A program made the position numbers and the translations under genes. Of a stretch of 32,000 bases of DNA, positions 7,909 to 16,815 are shown piece by piece. How positions within the stretch are numbered: the first letter of the stretch is position 1; each line of letters begins with the position of its first letter. The stretch lies in assembly GCF_000008665.1 (NCBI RefSeq), contig NC_000917.1:1200001-1232000 (forward strand), written 5' to 3'. The notes under the pieces are model-generated. The model was not told the DNA's origin. It ran no database searches and saw nothing but the letters and a program-made list of their open reading frames with translations. Source of the stretch: Archaeoglobus fulgidus DSM 4304 (GTDB lineage: Archaea; Halobacteriota; Archaeoglobi; Archaeoglobales; Archaeoglobaceae).

Positions 7909-8955
7909 ATGAGACGTTTTGCCGTACTACTCCTGCTGGCAATTTTTTTAGGTGGCTGCAGCGGAAGCAACGGGGCAGCTGAGGAGAAGTGGAAAATGAA
8001 AGTCATATGGCATGTTGACACGTCTGGAGAGCCATTTATGGACTTAAGCCCTGACGGCGAGCTTGCTGCTGCGGTGGATTGGAACAATGCGAAGATTTAT
8101 CTCGTCAAGCCCGACGGAGAAAGTGTCGTCTTTGACATTCAGGGCCAGGATGCCGTGAAGCCCGTGGTTAGTGGAGTTGCACTGAAGGATGGTGTGGCAT
8201 ACGTTCTTGGCAGCTACGAGGATTTTGTGGGCATTAGAAAATACTCGTGGAATGGCGAGGTTGGGGAAGAAAGGCACGGATGGGCAGGTTCTGTTTCTGA
8301 CAACATTCTCCGCTCCCCAAGCGGTAACCACCTCTGCTATCTCATCACCATTGATGCGGGAAAGCAGGAGCTATACTGTGACGGTGTGAAGATGACGCTC
8401 GGCGGTGATTATTACTTCCTGAACAGCGTTTCGGATAGTGGAGTTGTGGTAATTTCAAGTGGAGACGGCACTCACGTTTTCAAGGAGGGAAATGAGGTTC
8501 TCAGCTTTAACACGAGCAACGTGGTGGCGTACAAAGACAGAGTTCTGGTCAACGAAGAAGACTTCTTGAGAGTTTACGACCTCAGCGGGAATTTGGTGGG
8601 TGAGAAGGAAGGATACACCTTCAGCCTTACAACTTTGCTTCGCTGGACATTGTTGCCCACCGAAAGGTACATCTTCCGATACGAGCCCTTGGAGGACACG
8701 CACGTAATCACATGGGACATAAAACAGGTCGAGACTCTCCCCGGATTTCCGCAGTTCGCCAATGATCATTTTGTTGTCACATCCAAAAATGGCGTTCTTC
8801 ATTGCTACTCACTTAAGGACTTCCATGAGGTTTTCAGCGTTGAAATGCCCGAAGATGATGGTCTGATAAAGCTCAGCGATGATGGTAGGGTTATGCTTGT
8901 TTCAGGGGAGAATGGGGGATACTGGCTCTACGTGAGCTCAGAAAATAATTTTTGA
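7909..8955 (+). CDS. Predicted lipoprotein with beta-propeller-like repeats, about 348 aa
   Basis: MRRFAVLLLLAIFLGGCSGSNG gives a signal peptide plus lipobox (FLGGC). Beta-rich repeats follow (DLSPDGELAAAVDWNNAKIYLVKPDG, KLSDDGRVMLVSGENGGYWLYV). Confidence 0.75.
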   Translation: MRRFAVLLLLAIFLGGCSGSNGAAEEKWKMKVIWHVDTSGEPFMDLSPDGELAAAVDWNNAKIYLVKPDGESVVFDIQGQDAVKPVVSGVALKDGVAYVLGSYEDFVGIRKYSWNGEVGEERHGWAGSVSDNILRSPSGNHLCYLITIDAGKQELYCDGVKMTLGGDYYFLNSVSDSGVVVISSGDGTHVFKEGNEVLSFNTSNVVAYKDRVLVNEEDFLRVYDLSGNLVGEKEGYTFSLTTLLRWTLLPTERYIFRYEPLEDTHVITWDIKQVETLPGFPQFANDHFVVTSKNGVLHCYSLKDFHEVFSVEMPEDDGLIKLSDDGRVMLVSGENGGYWLYVSSENNF

Positions 8956-9029
8956 TTTAATTTTTGTTACCATCATAAACTGCTATCTTTTATGCTTAAC
9001 TATTTATACCCCCATGTTGTTTGATGCTC

Positions 9030-9941
9030 ATGAGAGATTTGGCTGTAGGAGTCGTTATAGGTCTGATCATTGGAGCAATTGCCGTTTACGCTTTCACCGC
9101 TTTGCAGCCTTCGGGTGAAGAAGTCTGCCCCGCAAACCCACCTGAATCTCTGGACCAGAAGACCCTTGAGAGTGTATCGAAGAAGCTGAACAATCTCATT
9201 CATCAGAACAATCCCGATGTCAGCGTGAGAATTTCGGATTATTCTCCCTACGGTGAGGTTTACAGGGTAAAAGTCGAATTCTACAATGATAACGGCACTC
9301 TGGAAAGCTACGATATGTTCCTGACTGCCAACGGCTCTCTGCTCTTTACCAACTATGTTGACTTGACCAAGCTGAGCGAAGAAGAGGTAAGAATCAACGT
9401 CAGTATAGATGATGACCCCTTCAAAGGAGCTGAGGATGCCAAAGTAGTTATTGTGGAGTTCTCCAACTATGCTTGTGGTCATTGCGCAGATTTTGCTATA
9501 GAGACTGAGCCTAAGATTCTAGAGAAATACGGTGACAAGGTGAAGATAGTCTTCAGAGACTTCCCTGGGTTTGGAGAAATTTCCTACTTTGCAGCAGAGG
9601 CAGCAAACTGTGCGGGAGAGCAGGGCAAGTACTGGGAGTTCCACGACCTGCTTTTTGAGAATCAGCGGGAGTGGATTTCCAACAACTCAAAGATTTACGA
9701 CTACGCAGAGCAGCTCGGACTGAACGTTGACGAGTTCAAGGCCTGCATTGAGTCGGGCAAGTACAGAGAAGAGGTGGACAAAGACTATAAGGATGGAATT
9801 AGTTATGGTGTTACTGGCACACCAACGTTCTTTATTGGTACTCCAAATGGCACATTTGTTAACGGAAAGAAGGTCGCTGGTGCATTGAACTTCGAGCAGT
9901 TCGCCGCTCTGATTGAGCAGGAGCTTCAGCAAGCTTCTTAA
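9030..9941 (+). CDS. Membrane-anchored DsbA/thioredoxin-fold protein
   Basis: N-terminal TM (VVIGLIIGAIAVYAFTAL), VVIVEFSNYACGHCADFAIETEPKILEKYGDKVKIVFRDFP, and cis-Pro segment GVTGTPTFFIG. Alternative start at 9024. Confidence 0.85.
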   Translation: MRDLAVGVVIGLIIGAIAVYAFTALQPSGEEVCPANPPESLDQKTLESVSKKLNNLIHQNNPDVSVRISDYSPYGEVYRVKVEFYNDNGTLESYDMFLTANGSLLFTNYVDLTKLSEEEVRINVSIDDDPFKGAEDAKVVIVEFSNYACGHCADFAIETEPKILEKYGDKVKIVFRDFPGFGEISYFAAEAANCAGEQGKYWEFHDLLFENQREWISNNSKIYDYAEQLGLNVDEFKACIESGKYREEVDKDYKDGISYGVTGTPTFFIGTPNGTFVNGKKVAGALNFEQFAALIEQELQQAS

Positions 9942-9984
9942 ATATTTTTATCAGTGAAAAATTTACGTTTTGAAATTTCTAAAC

Positions 9985-10932
9985 TCAGTAAACGCTCTTA
10001 TTTATCACAACTTCCGCAATATCAGCAGAATATCCCGCAACCCTCGAAACACTGTCAAGAATGGTTTTCAGGTTCATCAACTGCACGACCTCCAGCTCAG
10101 CAATTTTTTCGTAGTATTTAAGAATTCTGTTAGTAAAATCCTCTACATCCTCAAGAACCTCTTCAGCAATTTTTCTGTCATTTTTAAAGAAGCAAACCAT
10201 GGCCCTTCTAAATATATTTTCCAAGGTCTCAATCATTTCGCTCAATTCTCCATAGCCCCTTTCAAGGTTCAATGTTGCTTCACTCATCTGACTTATGTGG
10301 TCGGACACTCTCTCCAGATTTCTAACCACGCTTCTGTAGTTCATTGCATCAACTGCGTGCATGATTCCCCCTTCTCCTGCATGGTTAAGGAGTCTCAATA
10401 CGAGAAAGTGAAGCTTATCCACCTCATTTTCCCTCGTAAGTATGGTGCTGCACACTGCCCTGTCAAGATTGGCTACAACATCCTTCAAATCTTTGAGCAT
10501 ACTCAGCGTAATGTTGAAAAGCTTTTCAAGAATGGCATCTATTTCAAAACGCTCCACGTCAAGAAAAACTTCAATTAGCAGCTTATTTCCAGTATCTTCC
10601 ATAATTTCTGCTCCAACAAGCAAATCAACTGCAAAGGCAACAGCTCTCCTCTGTTCATCGCTGTAAACTCTAACAGCCATGGAAGAGTAGCCAGCGAGGT
10701 AGTAAGATATCACCAGCCTTACAAGGTGATTGAATTTTGCTTCAGCATCCTCAATATTCGCTCTTAAGCTCTTCTCCTCAATTTTTGGTTTTATGCATAT
10801 TGAATTCTCCTTTATCTCAAGAAATAACGTGTCTCCCTCCTTTATTCCAAACTCCTCCACCCAGTTCTTGGGCAGAGTGATTATGTAGCTGCTCCTTCCG
10901 GTGCGGTATACCTTCCTCGCCTCAACCTTCAC
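9985..10932 (-). CDS. AbrB-like DNA-binding domain fused to PhoU-type domains; phosphate-uptake regulator-like protein, 315 aa (GTG start)
   Basis: N-terminus KVYRTGRSSYIITLPKNWVEEFGIKEGDTLFLEI is AbrB/SpoVT-like, followed by PhoU-like helical repeats. Located divergently from the pst operon. Confidence 0.8.
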   Translation of the reverse strand: MKVEARKVYRTGRSSYIITLPKNWVEEFGIKEGDTLFLEIKENSICIKPKIEEKSLRANIEDAEAKFNHLVRLVISYYLAGYSSMAVRVYSDEQRRAVAFAVDLLVGAEIMEDTGNKLLIEVFLDVERFEIDAILEKLFNITLSMLKDLKDVVANLDRAVCSTILTRENEVDKLHFLVLRLLNHAGEGGIMHAVDAMNYRSVVRNLERVSDHISQMSEATLNLERGYGELSEMIETLENIFRRAMVCFFKNDRKIAEEVLEDVEDFTNRILKYYEKIAELEVVQLMNLKTILDSVSRVAGYSADIAEVVINKSVY

Positions 10933-10981
10933 ATACCATCGTGAAAATCTAAATATTTATGCGTTTTCCCTAAGGGATGGT

Positions 10982-11036
10982 ATATACAACATTTACTAAC
11001 TATATGATGTATATTTTAATGCGACAAGATGTATAT
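10982..11036. promoter_or_regulatory. Cluster of three related 11-bp boxes at 22-bp spacing between the AbrB-PhoU gene and pstS
   Basis: ATATACAACAT (10982-10992, reverse orientation), ATGATGTATAT (11004-11014) and AAGATGTATAT (11026-11036). Confidence 0.5.
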
Positions 11037-11058
11037 CTCTCAGATAATACGCAGTTGC

Positions 11059-12012
11059 ATGAAAAAGGTGCTAATGGTTCTCCTGACGCTGGTGGCACTG
11101 CTTCTCGCCGGGTGCCAGTCGAATGAGGGTCAGGGAAAGGAGATTTCAGGAGAGGTAAAGGTTGCAGGAAGCAGCACAGTGTACCCAATTACTGCAGCTA
11201 TGGCCGAGGAATTTAACAAACTATACCCGGAAGTTGTTGTTTCTGTTCAGTCAACAGGCACCGGTGGAGGATTCAGGAACTTCTTCATTCCGGGCCTGAC
11301 TGACATAAACGATGCAAGCAGGCCGATAAAGCAATCGGAGCTTGATGAGGCAAGAAAAAATGGTGTTGAACCTTTGGAGTTTCTCGTTGGCTACGATGCC
11401 CTAACTGTGATAGTAAATCCAGAAAACGACTGGGCTGAGTGCCTGAGCTTTGACGACTTGAGAAAAATCTGGGGCCCAGATGCAACTGAGAGCATCACGA
11501 GATGGAGTCAGGTGAATCCGGAGTGGCCGGATGAAGAGATGCACCTCTACGGCCCAACCTCAGCGAGCGGAACCTTCGATTTCTTCACGGAGCACGTAAT
11601 CGGCGAATCTGGGGCGCACAGGCAGGACTACCACGGCACGGAAGAGGATAACACCATAATTCAGGCAGTTGCGAGGGACAAGGATGCGATGGGCTACCTC
11701 GGCCTTGCATACTACCTCGAAAACAAAGACAAGGTTAAGGCTGCAAAGATAAAGAGCGAGCAGGGGGAGTGCGTTGAGCCAAGCATCGAAACCGGGCAGA
11801 GCGGTGAATATCCGCTTGCCAGACCGCTGTTCATATACGTCAACAAGGAGTCGCTCAAGAAGCCGGCTGTGAGGGAGTTCGTTAAGTTCTACCTCGAAAA
11901 TCTGGACAGCGGAATCGTTGAGGAGATTGGCTACGTTCCTGTAAGCAAGGATCAGAAGGAGGAGAACCTGAAGAAGCTTAGCGAAGCCCTGAAGGATCTG
12001 GGCCTGGAGTAG
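11059..12012 (+). CDS. pstS: Phosphate ABC transporter substrate-binding lipoprotein PstS
   Basis: LVALLLAGCQSNEG lipobox, KVAGSSTVYPITAAMAEEFNKLYPEVVVSVQSTGTGGGFRNFF, and position in the pst operon. Confidence 0.95.
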   Translation: MKKVLMVLLTLVALLLAGCQSNEGQGKEISGEVKVAGSSTVYPITAAMAEEFNKLYPEVVVSVQSTGTGGGFRNFFIPGLTDINDASRPIKQSELDEARKNGVEPLEFLVGYDALTVIVNPENDWAECLSFDDLRKIWGPDATESITRWSQVNPEWPDEEMHLYGPTSASGTFDFFTEHVIGESGAHRQDYHGTEEDNTIIQAVARDKDAMGYLGLAYYLENKDKVKAAKIKSEQGECVEPSIETGQSGEYPLARPLFIYVNKESLKKPAVREFVKFYLENLDSGIVEEIGYVPVSKDQKEENLKKLSEALKDLGLE

Positions 12013-12022
12013 GGGGGTGTAG

Positions 12023-12916
12023 ATGGCGAAAGCTTCAGACAAAATCGTTTACGTTTTACTTCTTTTTTCAGCCCTCATCACCGTTGCGGTAACCTTCGGT
12101 ATAGTTTTGACGCTCGTAGGCGACACCATCAGGTTTTTCTCCCACATTTCACCCCTTGAGTTCTTTCTCGGCACAAAGTGGACTCCAACAATCAGGCCGT
12201 ACTCCTTTGGCGTTTTACCGCTTGTAGCAGGAACGGTTATGGTTACCGTTGGTGCTGCAGCCATCGCAATTCCATCCGGGTTGCTGGCGGCAGTCTATCT
12301 TTCGGAGTATGCGGGGGAGAGGAGAAGGGCTGTGCTGAAGCCATTGCTTGAGATTCTCGCAGGCATTCCAACGGTCGTTTACGGATACTTCGCCTTCGCC
12401 TACATAACCCCCTTTCTCAAAGCCCTCTTCCCCGACATCTCCGCCTACAACGCTCTTAGCGCTTCCATTGTCGTGGGAATCATGATAATCCCGATAGTGG
12501 CAAGTATAAGCGAGGATGCTTTGAGGGCAGTTCCCCAGTCCTTGAGAGAGGCTGGCTACGCGCTGGGAGCGAGGAAGGCTAAGGTGATAGCAAGCATAGT
12601 GATTCCCGCTGCACTGTCGGGTATCGTTGCCAGCTTCATCCTCGGAATTTCGAGAGCTATAGGCGAGACGATGGCTGTAACCATAGCAGCGGGAAGAACT
12701 CCAAGGCTCGTTAACATTCTGAATCCAGTCGACTGGCTCGGATCAATTGAAACCATGACCGCCGCAATGGTCGAGATAGGGATAAGCGACGTCAGCGGAC
12801 AGAGCGTTGCATATCAGAGCCTCTTCGCCATTGGCTTCACGCTGTTCCTGATGACCATGCTCCTCAACACTGTAAGCTATGCAATAAAGATGAGATTCAG
12901 GGAGGTGTACAGATGA
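12023..12916 (+). CDS. pstC: Phosphate ABC transporter permease PstC
   Basis: Multi-TM permease with [49 protein letters not shown], the EAA loop and RAIGETMA motif. Confidence 0.95.
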   Translation: MAKASDKIVYVLLLFSALITVAVTFGIVLTLVGDTIRFFSHISPLEFFLGTKWTPTIRPYSFGVLPLVAGTVMVTVGAAAIAIPSGLLAAVYLSEYAGERRRAVLKPLLEILAGIPTVVYGYFAFAYITPFLKALFPDISAYNALSASIVVGIMIIPIVASISEDALRAVPQSLREAGYALGARKAKVIASIVIPAALSGIVASFILGISRAIGETMAVTIAAGRTPRLVNILNPVDWLGSIETMTAAMVEIGISDVSGQSVAYQSLFAIGFTLFLMTMLLNTVSYAIKMRFREVYR

Positions 12917-13764
12917 AGGCCGATGAAATCAAAGAAGGGCTTTTCATGCTTCTCGCATTGGCTGCAACGGTATTCGGAGTTGTTGTTCTTGCCGCACTGC
13001 TTGCTTACACCTTCGTCGAAGCGGCGGCATGGCTCGATTTGCAGTTCTTAACCTCCCCCCCATCGAGATTTCCTGAAAAAGCAGGGATATTTCCATCCCT
13101 TGTGGGCTCAATCATGGCAATAGCTCTCGTTGGTGTGATGGTTTTGCCTCTTGGTGTGGGAGCGGCAATATACCTTGAGGAGTATGCCAGAAAGAACTGG
13201 CTGACAAAGCTGATTGAGATTAACATTTCAAACCTCGCTGCAGTGCCATCAATCGTCTACGGTCTTCTCGGCCTCGGCCTTTTCGTCTCAACTCTCGGCT
13301 TAAAGCCCGGAATCGTTCTTGTGGGATCTCTGACTCTGACGCTGCTTGTTCTGCCCATTGTAATCGTTGCAGCGCAAGAATCGCTGAGAGCCGTTCCATT
13401 CTCTCTTAGGGAAGCTTCCTTGGCTGTGGGAGCGACGAAGTGGCAGACCGTCAAAAGCGTTGTTCTCCCAAGCTCTCTTCCGGGGATAATGACTGGAGTG
13501 ATACTGGCGCTTTCGAGAGCCATAGGAGAGACCGCACCTCTCATAATGATCGGCGTCGCAACAGCAACCTTCACAGCCCCAAAGGACATCTTCAGCACCT
13601 ACTCAGCCCTGCCAATGCTAATCTTCATGTGGACCGACATGCCGAAGGAGGAATTTCTGCATGGTCTTGCTCCTGCAGCCATCGTCGTTTTGCTGGCAAT
13701 AATGCTCTCGATGAACGCCTTCGCCGTTTATCTGAGAAACAAATTCGCAAGGAGGTTGAGATAA
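12913..13764 (+). CDS. pstA: Phosphate ABC transporter permease PstA
   Basis: [49 protein letters not shown]. Confidence 0.95.
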   Translation: MKADEIKEGLFMLLALAATVFGVVVLAALLAYTFVEAAAWLDLQFLTSPPSRFPEKAGIFPSLVGSIMAIALVGVMVLPLGVGAAIYLEEYARKNWLTKLIEINISNLAAVPSIVYGLLGLGLFVSTLGLKPGIVLVGSLTLTLLVLPIVIVAAQESLRAVPFSLREASLAVGATKWQTVKSVVLPSSLPGIMTGVILALSRAIGETAPLIMIGVATATFTAPKDIFSTYSALPMLIFMWTDMPKEEFLHGLAPAAIVVLLAIMLSMNAFAVYLRNKFARRLR

Positions 13765-14520
13765 ATGGAGGTGGCTTTCGACATCAGAAACTTTTCCGTT
13801 TATTACGGAAACAAGGTTGGAATAAGGAACGTGAACCTTGAAATCTACAGGAACAAGGTTACCGCCATAATAGGCCCAAGCGGATGCGGCAAGTCAACAC
13901 TTCTGAGGTCTCTGAACAGGCTCATCGAGCTGGTTGATGGTGTCAGGATTGAAGGAGAGGTGATTTTCGATGGCAAGAACATCTACGATGATGGCGTCGA
14001 TGCGGTGGAGTTGAGAAGGAGAATAGGCATGGTCTTCCAGCATCCGAATCCCTTTCCGAAGAGCATATTTGACAACGTTGCCTACGGACCGAGAGTCCAC
14101 GGTATAAAGGATAAAGAGAGGTTGAAGGAGATCGTGGAGGAAAGTCTGAAAAAAGCAGCTTTGTGGGATGAAGTTAAAGACAGGCTGAGCGACAGCGCTC
14201 TGGGGCTTTCGGGAGGGCAGCAGCAGAGGCTCTGCATAGCGAGAGCAATCGCAACGAATCCTGAGGTCATTCTGTTTGACGAGCCGACCTCAGCCCTCGA
14301 CCCAATAGCAGCGGCAAAAATAGAGGAGCTTATGGTTGAGCTGAAGAAGAACTACACGGTTGTGGTTGTAACACACAACATCCAGCAGGCTGCGAGGATA
14401 AGCGATTATGTCGCCTTCTTCTGGATGGGGGAGCTTGTTGAGTATGGTAAAACAGCTAAGGTTTTTGAGAAACCTGAGAAGGAATTAACTGAAAAGTATC
14501 TTACGGGGAGGGTTGGATGA
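13765..14520 (+). CDS. pstB: Phosphate ABC transporter ATP-binding protein PstB
   Basis: Walker [10 protein letters not shown], signature [16 protein letters not shown], Walker [14 protein letters not shown]. Confidence 0.97.
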   Translation: MEVAFDIRNFSVYYGNKVGIRNVNLEIYRNKVTAIIGPSGCGKSTLLRSLNRLIELVDGVRIEGEVIFDGKNIYDDGVDAVELRRRIGMVFQHPNPFPKSIFDNVAYGPRVHGIKDKERLKEIVEESLKKAALWDEVKDRLSDSALGLSGGQQQRLCIARAIATNPEVILFDEPTSALDPIAAAKIEELMVELKKNYTVVVVTHNIQQAARISDYVAFFWMGELVEYGKTAKVFEKPEKELTEKYLTGRVG

Positions 14521-15107
14521 AGAGGATTGAGGAAAAGGAAAAGGCAATAATGGACGAAATTATGGAAATGCACGCTCTGGCTGAGAAGGCAGTTGAGCTT
14601 TCCTTCAGAGCGATGAGAGGGGATAAGAGTGTTGTCAGGGAAATATCCAGAATCGAGCAGCAGACCGATGTCCTCGATACGGACATAAACTACGCCTGCA
14701 CCACTTTCATTGCCCTTTTCCAGCCTGTTGCAAGAGATTTGAGGTTCGCAATCAGCATCATGAGAATCTCGTCCTCTTACGAAAGAATCGCAGACATAGC
14801 TCAGGAAATCTCTCTCTACGAATCAAAGCTGCCAGAAATCGTTTTTAAGGCCGAAAAATATCTTAAGAAAATGTTTGATGCTGTAAAGGAGGGCTACACG
14901 AAAACAGAGGGCTTGAAGGAAAGGATGACTGAACTGGACAATGCGGTGGATGAGATTTACGTGGAGGCAATTGAGCAGCTTGAGGAGAGCTGTGATGTGA
15001 ATGCTGTTCTCACGGTAAGGCACATTGAGAGAATTGGGGATTTGCTGGCAAAGATTGCGGCAAGGCAGATATTTATAAAGGAGGGAAGGAGGGTCTGGAT
15101 TATATGA
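14517..15107 (+). CDS. phoU: Phosphate signalling/uptake regulator PhoU
   Basis: PhoU-type helical protein ([45 protein letters not shown]). Start overlaps pstB by 4 nt. Confidence 0.9.
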   Translation: MKRIEEKEKAIMDEIMEMHALAEKAVELSFRAMRGDKSVVREISRIEQQTDVLDTDINYACTTFIALFQPVARDLRFAISIMRISSSYERIADIAQEISLYESKLPEIVFKAEKYLKKMFDAVKEGYTKTEGLKERMTELDNAVDEIYVEAIEQLEESCDVNAVLTVRHIERIGDLLAKIAARQIFIKEGRRVWII

Positions 15108-15511
15108 AAGTCCTCTTCGTCTGCATCCACAATACTGCCAGAAGCGTAATGGCCGAGGCTCTCTTCAACGCCATGGCAAAAAGCTGGAAGGCGGAGAGTG
15201 CTGGTGTGGAGAAAGCAGAGAGGGTTGATGAGACTGTAAAGCGCTTGCTGGCGGAAAGGGGGTTGAAGGCGAAGGAGAAGCCGAGGACTGTGGATGAAGT
15301 CAATTTAGACGACTTCGATTTGATTGTGACAGTATGTGAGGAGAGCAGCTGCGTTGTTCTGCCCACAGACAAACCTGTGACGAGATGGCACATTGAAAAT
15401 CCCGCAGGAAAGGATGAGGGAACTTACAGGAGGGTTCTTGCGGAGATTGAGGAGAGGGTGAAAAAGCTGGTTGGCGAGCTGGAAGGCGGGCAGTCCTCAT
15501 CCCCATTGTGA
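15104..15511 (+). CDS. arsC: ArsC-type arsenate reductase / low-molecular-weight protein tyrosine phosphatase family
   Basis: [23 protein letters not shown]-loop (Cx5R) plus VTVCEESSC. Start overlaps phoU by 4 nt. Confidence 0.85.
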   Translation: MKVLFVCIHNTARSVMAEALFNAMAKSWKAESAGVEKAERVDETVKRLLAERGLKAKEKPRTVDEVNLDDFDLIVTVCEESSCVVLPTDKPVTRWHIENPAGKDEGTYRRVLAEIEERVKKLVGELEGGQSSSPL

Positions 15512-15569
15512 TTACTCTCAAAACAAAGCATGCAAACCTTTAAAAGGGATTAAAGCAACAAACCAGTGG

Positions 15570-16592
15570 ATGCTGGAGAAACTCACAATCCCTCCCAACA
15601 CGAGATTTGAAGAGAGGAACATAGTGGCGAGTGGGGACGTAATCATAGGCCCCAACTCAAAGCTCAGCTACGGAGTCATCGCAAAGAAGATAATTGTCGG
15701 GGAGAGGACCACAATTGAGGGAGACCTGTTAGGAGAGGAGATAAGGCTCGATGCTTGGTGCAGCGTTACTGGAAATGTCACTTCAAAACAGGATGCCTAC
15801 ATTGGAGAGTTCGCGTCAATCGGAGGGAAGCTTACCGTTTACGGAGACCTTGAAATTGGGAGAAACGTCAGAATCAAAAATGGATTTGAGGCGAAAGGCT
15901 TGATTACCATTCAGGACCCAACGCCAGTTCTCTTCTTCATCTTCCTCTACCTCATGGTTCTTCTCCGCTTGGGGAGGCTTGAAGAGGCCGAAAAGCTTCT
16001 GGAGGAGGTGGAGGAGTTCGACGCCCCTCTGATAATCCCGGAGAACTCTCAAGTGAGCATCGACAGAATTTCCACGAGAAAGGATGCTGAGATTGTCGGC
16101 AGCAGGGTTCTCGGAAATGTTAAGGCGAGAGACATTAATGCTGAGGGAAGTGAGATTTTCGGCAGCCTGAGGGGCAGAGATATCATTGTTAGCAACTGCA
16201 GGGTTCATGGGGCAATTGAGGGCAGAGTGGTTTACCTCGTAAACTCATCGGAGGTTTTTGGCTACATAAGGGCAGATAAGGTTTACATGGAGGATGGATG
16301 CAGCGTTGAGGGTGGTATAGTCGGCAGAGAGGGTGTATGGATAAAAGAGAAGGTCGAGATTCCGGGCCGAGAGGAGGAAGCTGAAGAGGTGGAGGAGAGC
16401 GAAGAAGTACAGGAATCAGAGGAAGCTGAGTCGGAGAGAGGCAAAGGTGAGGAGCAAGAAGCAGTGGAAGTTGAAGACTCCAAGGCGGATTCGGAACAGC
16501 CAGAGGAAGCAGAGACTGTTAAAGCCGAGATATCGGAAGAGGAAGAGAAGGATGGAGTGGAAAAAGGAAAAGTTCAAGAAGATGTTTCCTAA
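15570..16592 (+). CDS. Polymer-forming (bactofilin-like) beta-helix protein with Glu-rich C-terminal tail, about 340 aa
   Basis: Repeated short beta-helix-like units: GDVIIGPNSKLSYGVIAKKIIVGERTTIEGDLLGEEIRLDAWCSVTGNVTSKQDAYIGEFASIGGKLTVYGDLEIGRNVRIKNGFEAKG, with a second block RDINAEGSEIFGSLRGRDIIVSNCRVHGAIEGRVVYLVNSSEVFGYIRADKVYMEDGCSVEGGIVG. The tail is acidic (EEEAEEVEESEEVQESEEAES). Confidence 0.65.
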   Translation: MLEKLTIPPNTRFEERNIVASGDVIIGPNSKLSYGVIAKKIIVGERTTIEGDLLGEEIRLDAWCSVTGNVTSKQDAYIGEFASIGGKLTVYGDLEIGRNVRIKNGFEAKGLITIQDPTPVLFFIFLYLMVLLRLGRLEEAEKLLEEVEEFDAPLIIPENSQVSIDRISTRKDAEIVGSRVLGNVKARDINAEGSEIFGSLRGRDIIVSNCRVHGAIEGRVVYLVNSSEVFGYIRADKVYMEDGCSVEGGIVGREGVWIKEKVEIPGREEEAEEVEESEEVQESEEAESERGKGEEQEAVEVEDSKADSEQPEEAETVKAEISEEEEKDGVEKGKVQEDVS

Positions 16593-16815
16593 TCTTTTTC
16601 ACGAGATTGAGGGCAGCGATTTGCCCACCGTTTTAGACCACCTTGAGGTTTGCAAGACGATTGAGGAGGCAATTGAAATAATAGAGTATTTTGAAAAGCG
16701 GGGAGAGATAAGCAAGGAGTACGCCAACTTTTTAAAAAGCAACCCCTCACTCCTCAAAAGCATCATAGGAACGAGGGAGAGGGGAGAATACACGAGGAGG
16801 GGTTTGCGTGATTGA
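16552..16815 (+). CDS. Small conserved hypothetical protein, 87 aa
   Basis: MEWKKEKFKKMFPNLFHEIEGSDLPTVLDHLEVCKTIEEAIEIIEYFEKRGEISKEYANFLKSNPSLLKSIIGTRERGEYTRRGL. Internal start is chosen because upstream residues are the out-of-frame Glu/Arg shadow of the preceding gene. Overlaps both neighbours. Confidence 0.65.
   Translation: MEWKKEKFKKMFPNLFHEIEGSDLPTVLDHLEVCKTIEEAIEIIEYFEKRGEISKEYANFLKSNPSLLKSIIGTRERGEYTRRGLRD

Larger units (their letters stand above)
6840..7922 (+). mobile_element. IS630/Tc1-mariner-superfamily insertion sequence with two overlapping ORFs. Ends are provisional.
   Basis: Two-ORF transposase with HTH and DDE motifs. Provisional ends use a short 7-bp inverted pair GCAAAAC (6840-6846) / GTTTTGC (7916-7922), 1083 bp apart outer to outer. 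From memory an A. fulgidus element class called ISA1083 exists, and that recollection primed this choice. No TA target duplication is visible at these ends, so they are weak. Confidence 0.55.

Noticed and set aside
9000-9482. Minus-strand 160-aa ORF opposite the DsbA-like gene, and 9687..9932-
   Set aside because: Antisense to a well-supported thioredoxin-fold gene, with no motif or promoter support.
9970-10578. Plus-strand 202-aa ORF opposite the AbrB-PhoU gene
   Set aside because: Antisense shadow of a conserved two-domain protein. Composition is not convincing.
6870-11061. The same 10-mer CAGTTGCATG at the transposase start (6870-6879) and the pstS start (11052-11061)
   Set aside because: Interesting to the eye, but only two occurrences at unrelated genes. 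Most likely chance. A genome-wide count at start codons would be needed.
11560-12042. Minus-strand 160-aa ORF opposite pstS
   Set aside because: Pure antisense of a conserved substrate-binding protein.
15816-16208. Minus-strand 130-aa ORF (MNPAVANNDISAPQAAENLTSLSINVS...)
   Set aside because: Antisense to the beta-helix repeats. The repeats themselves create the apparent regularity.
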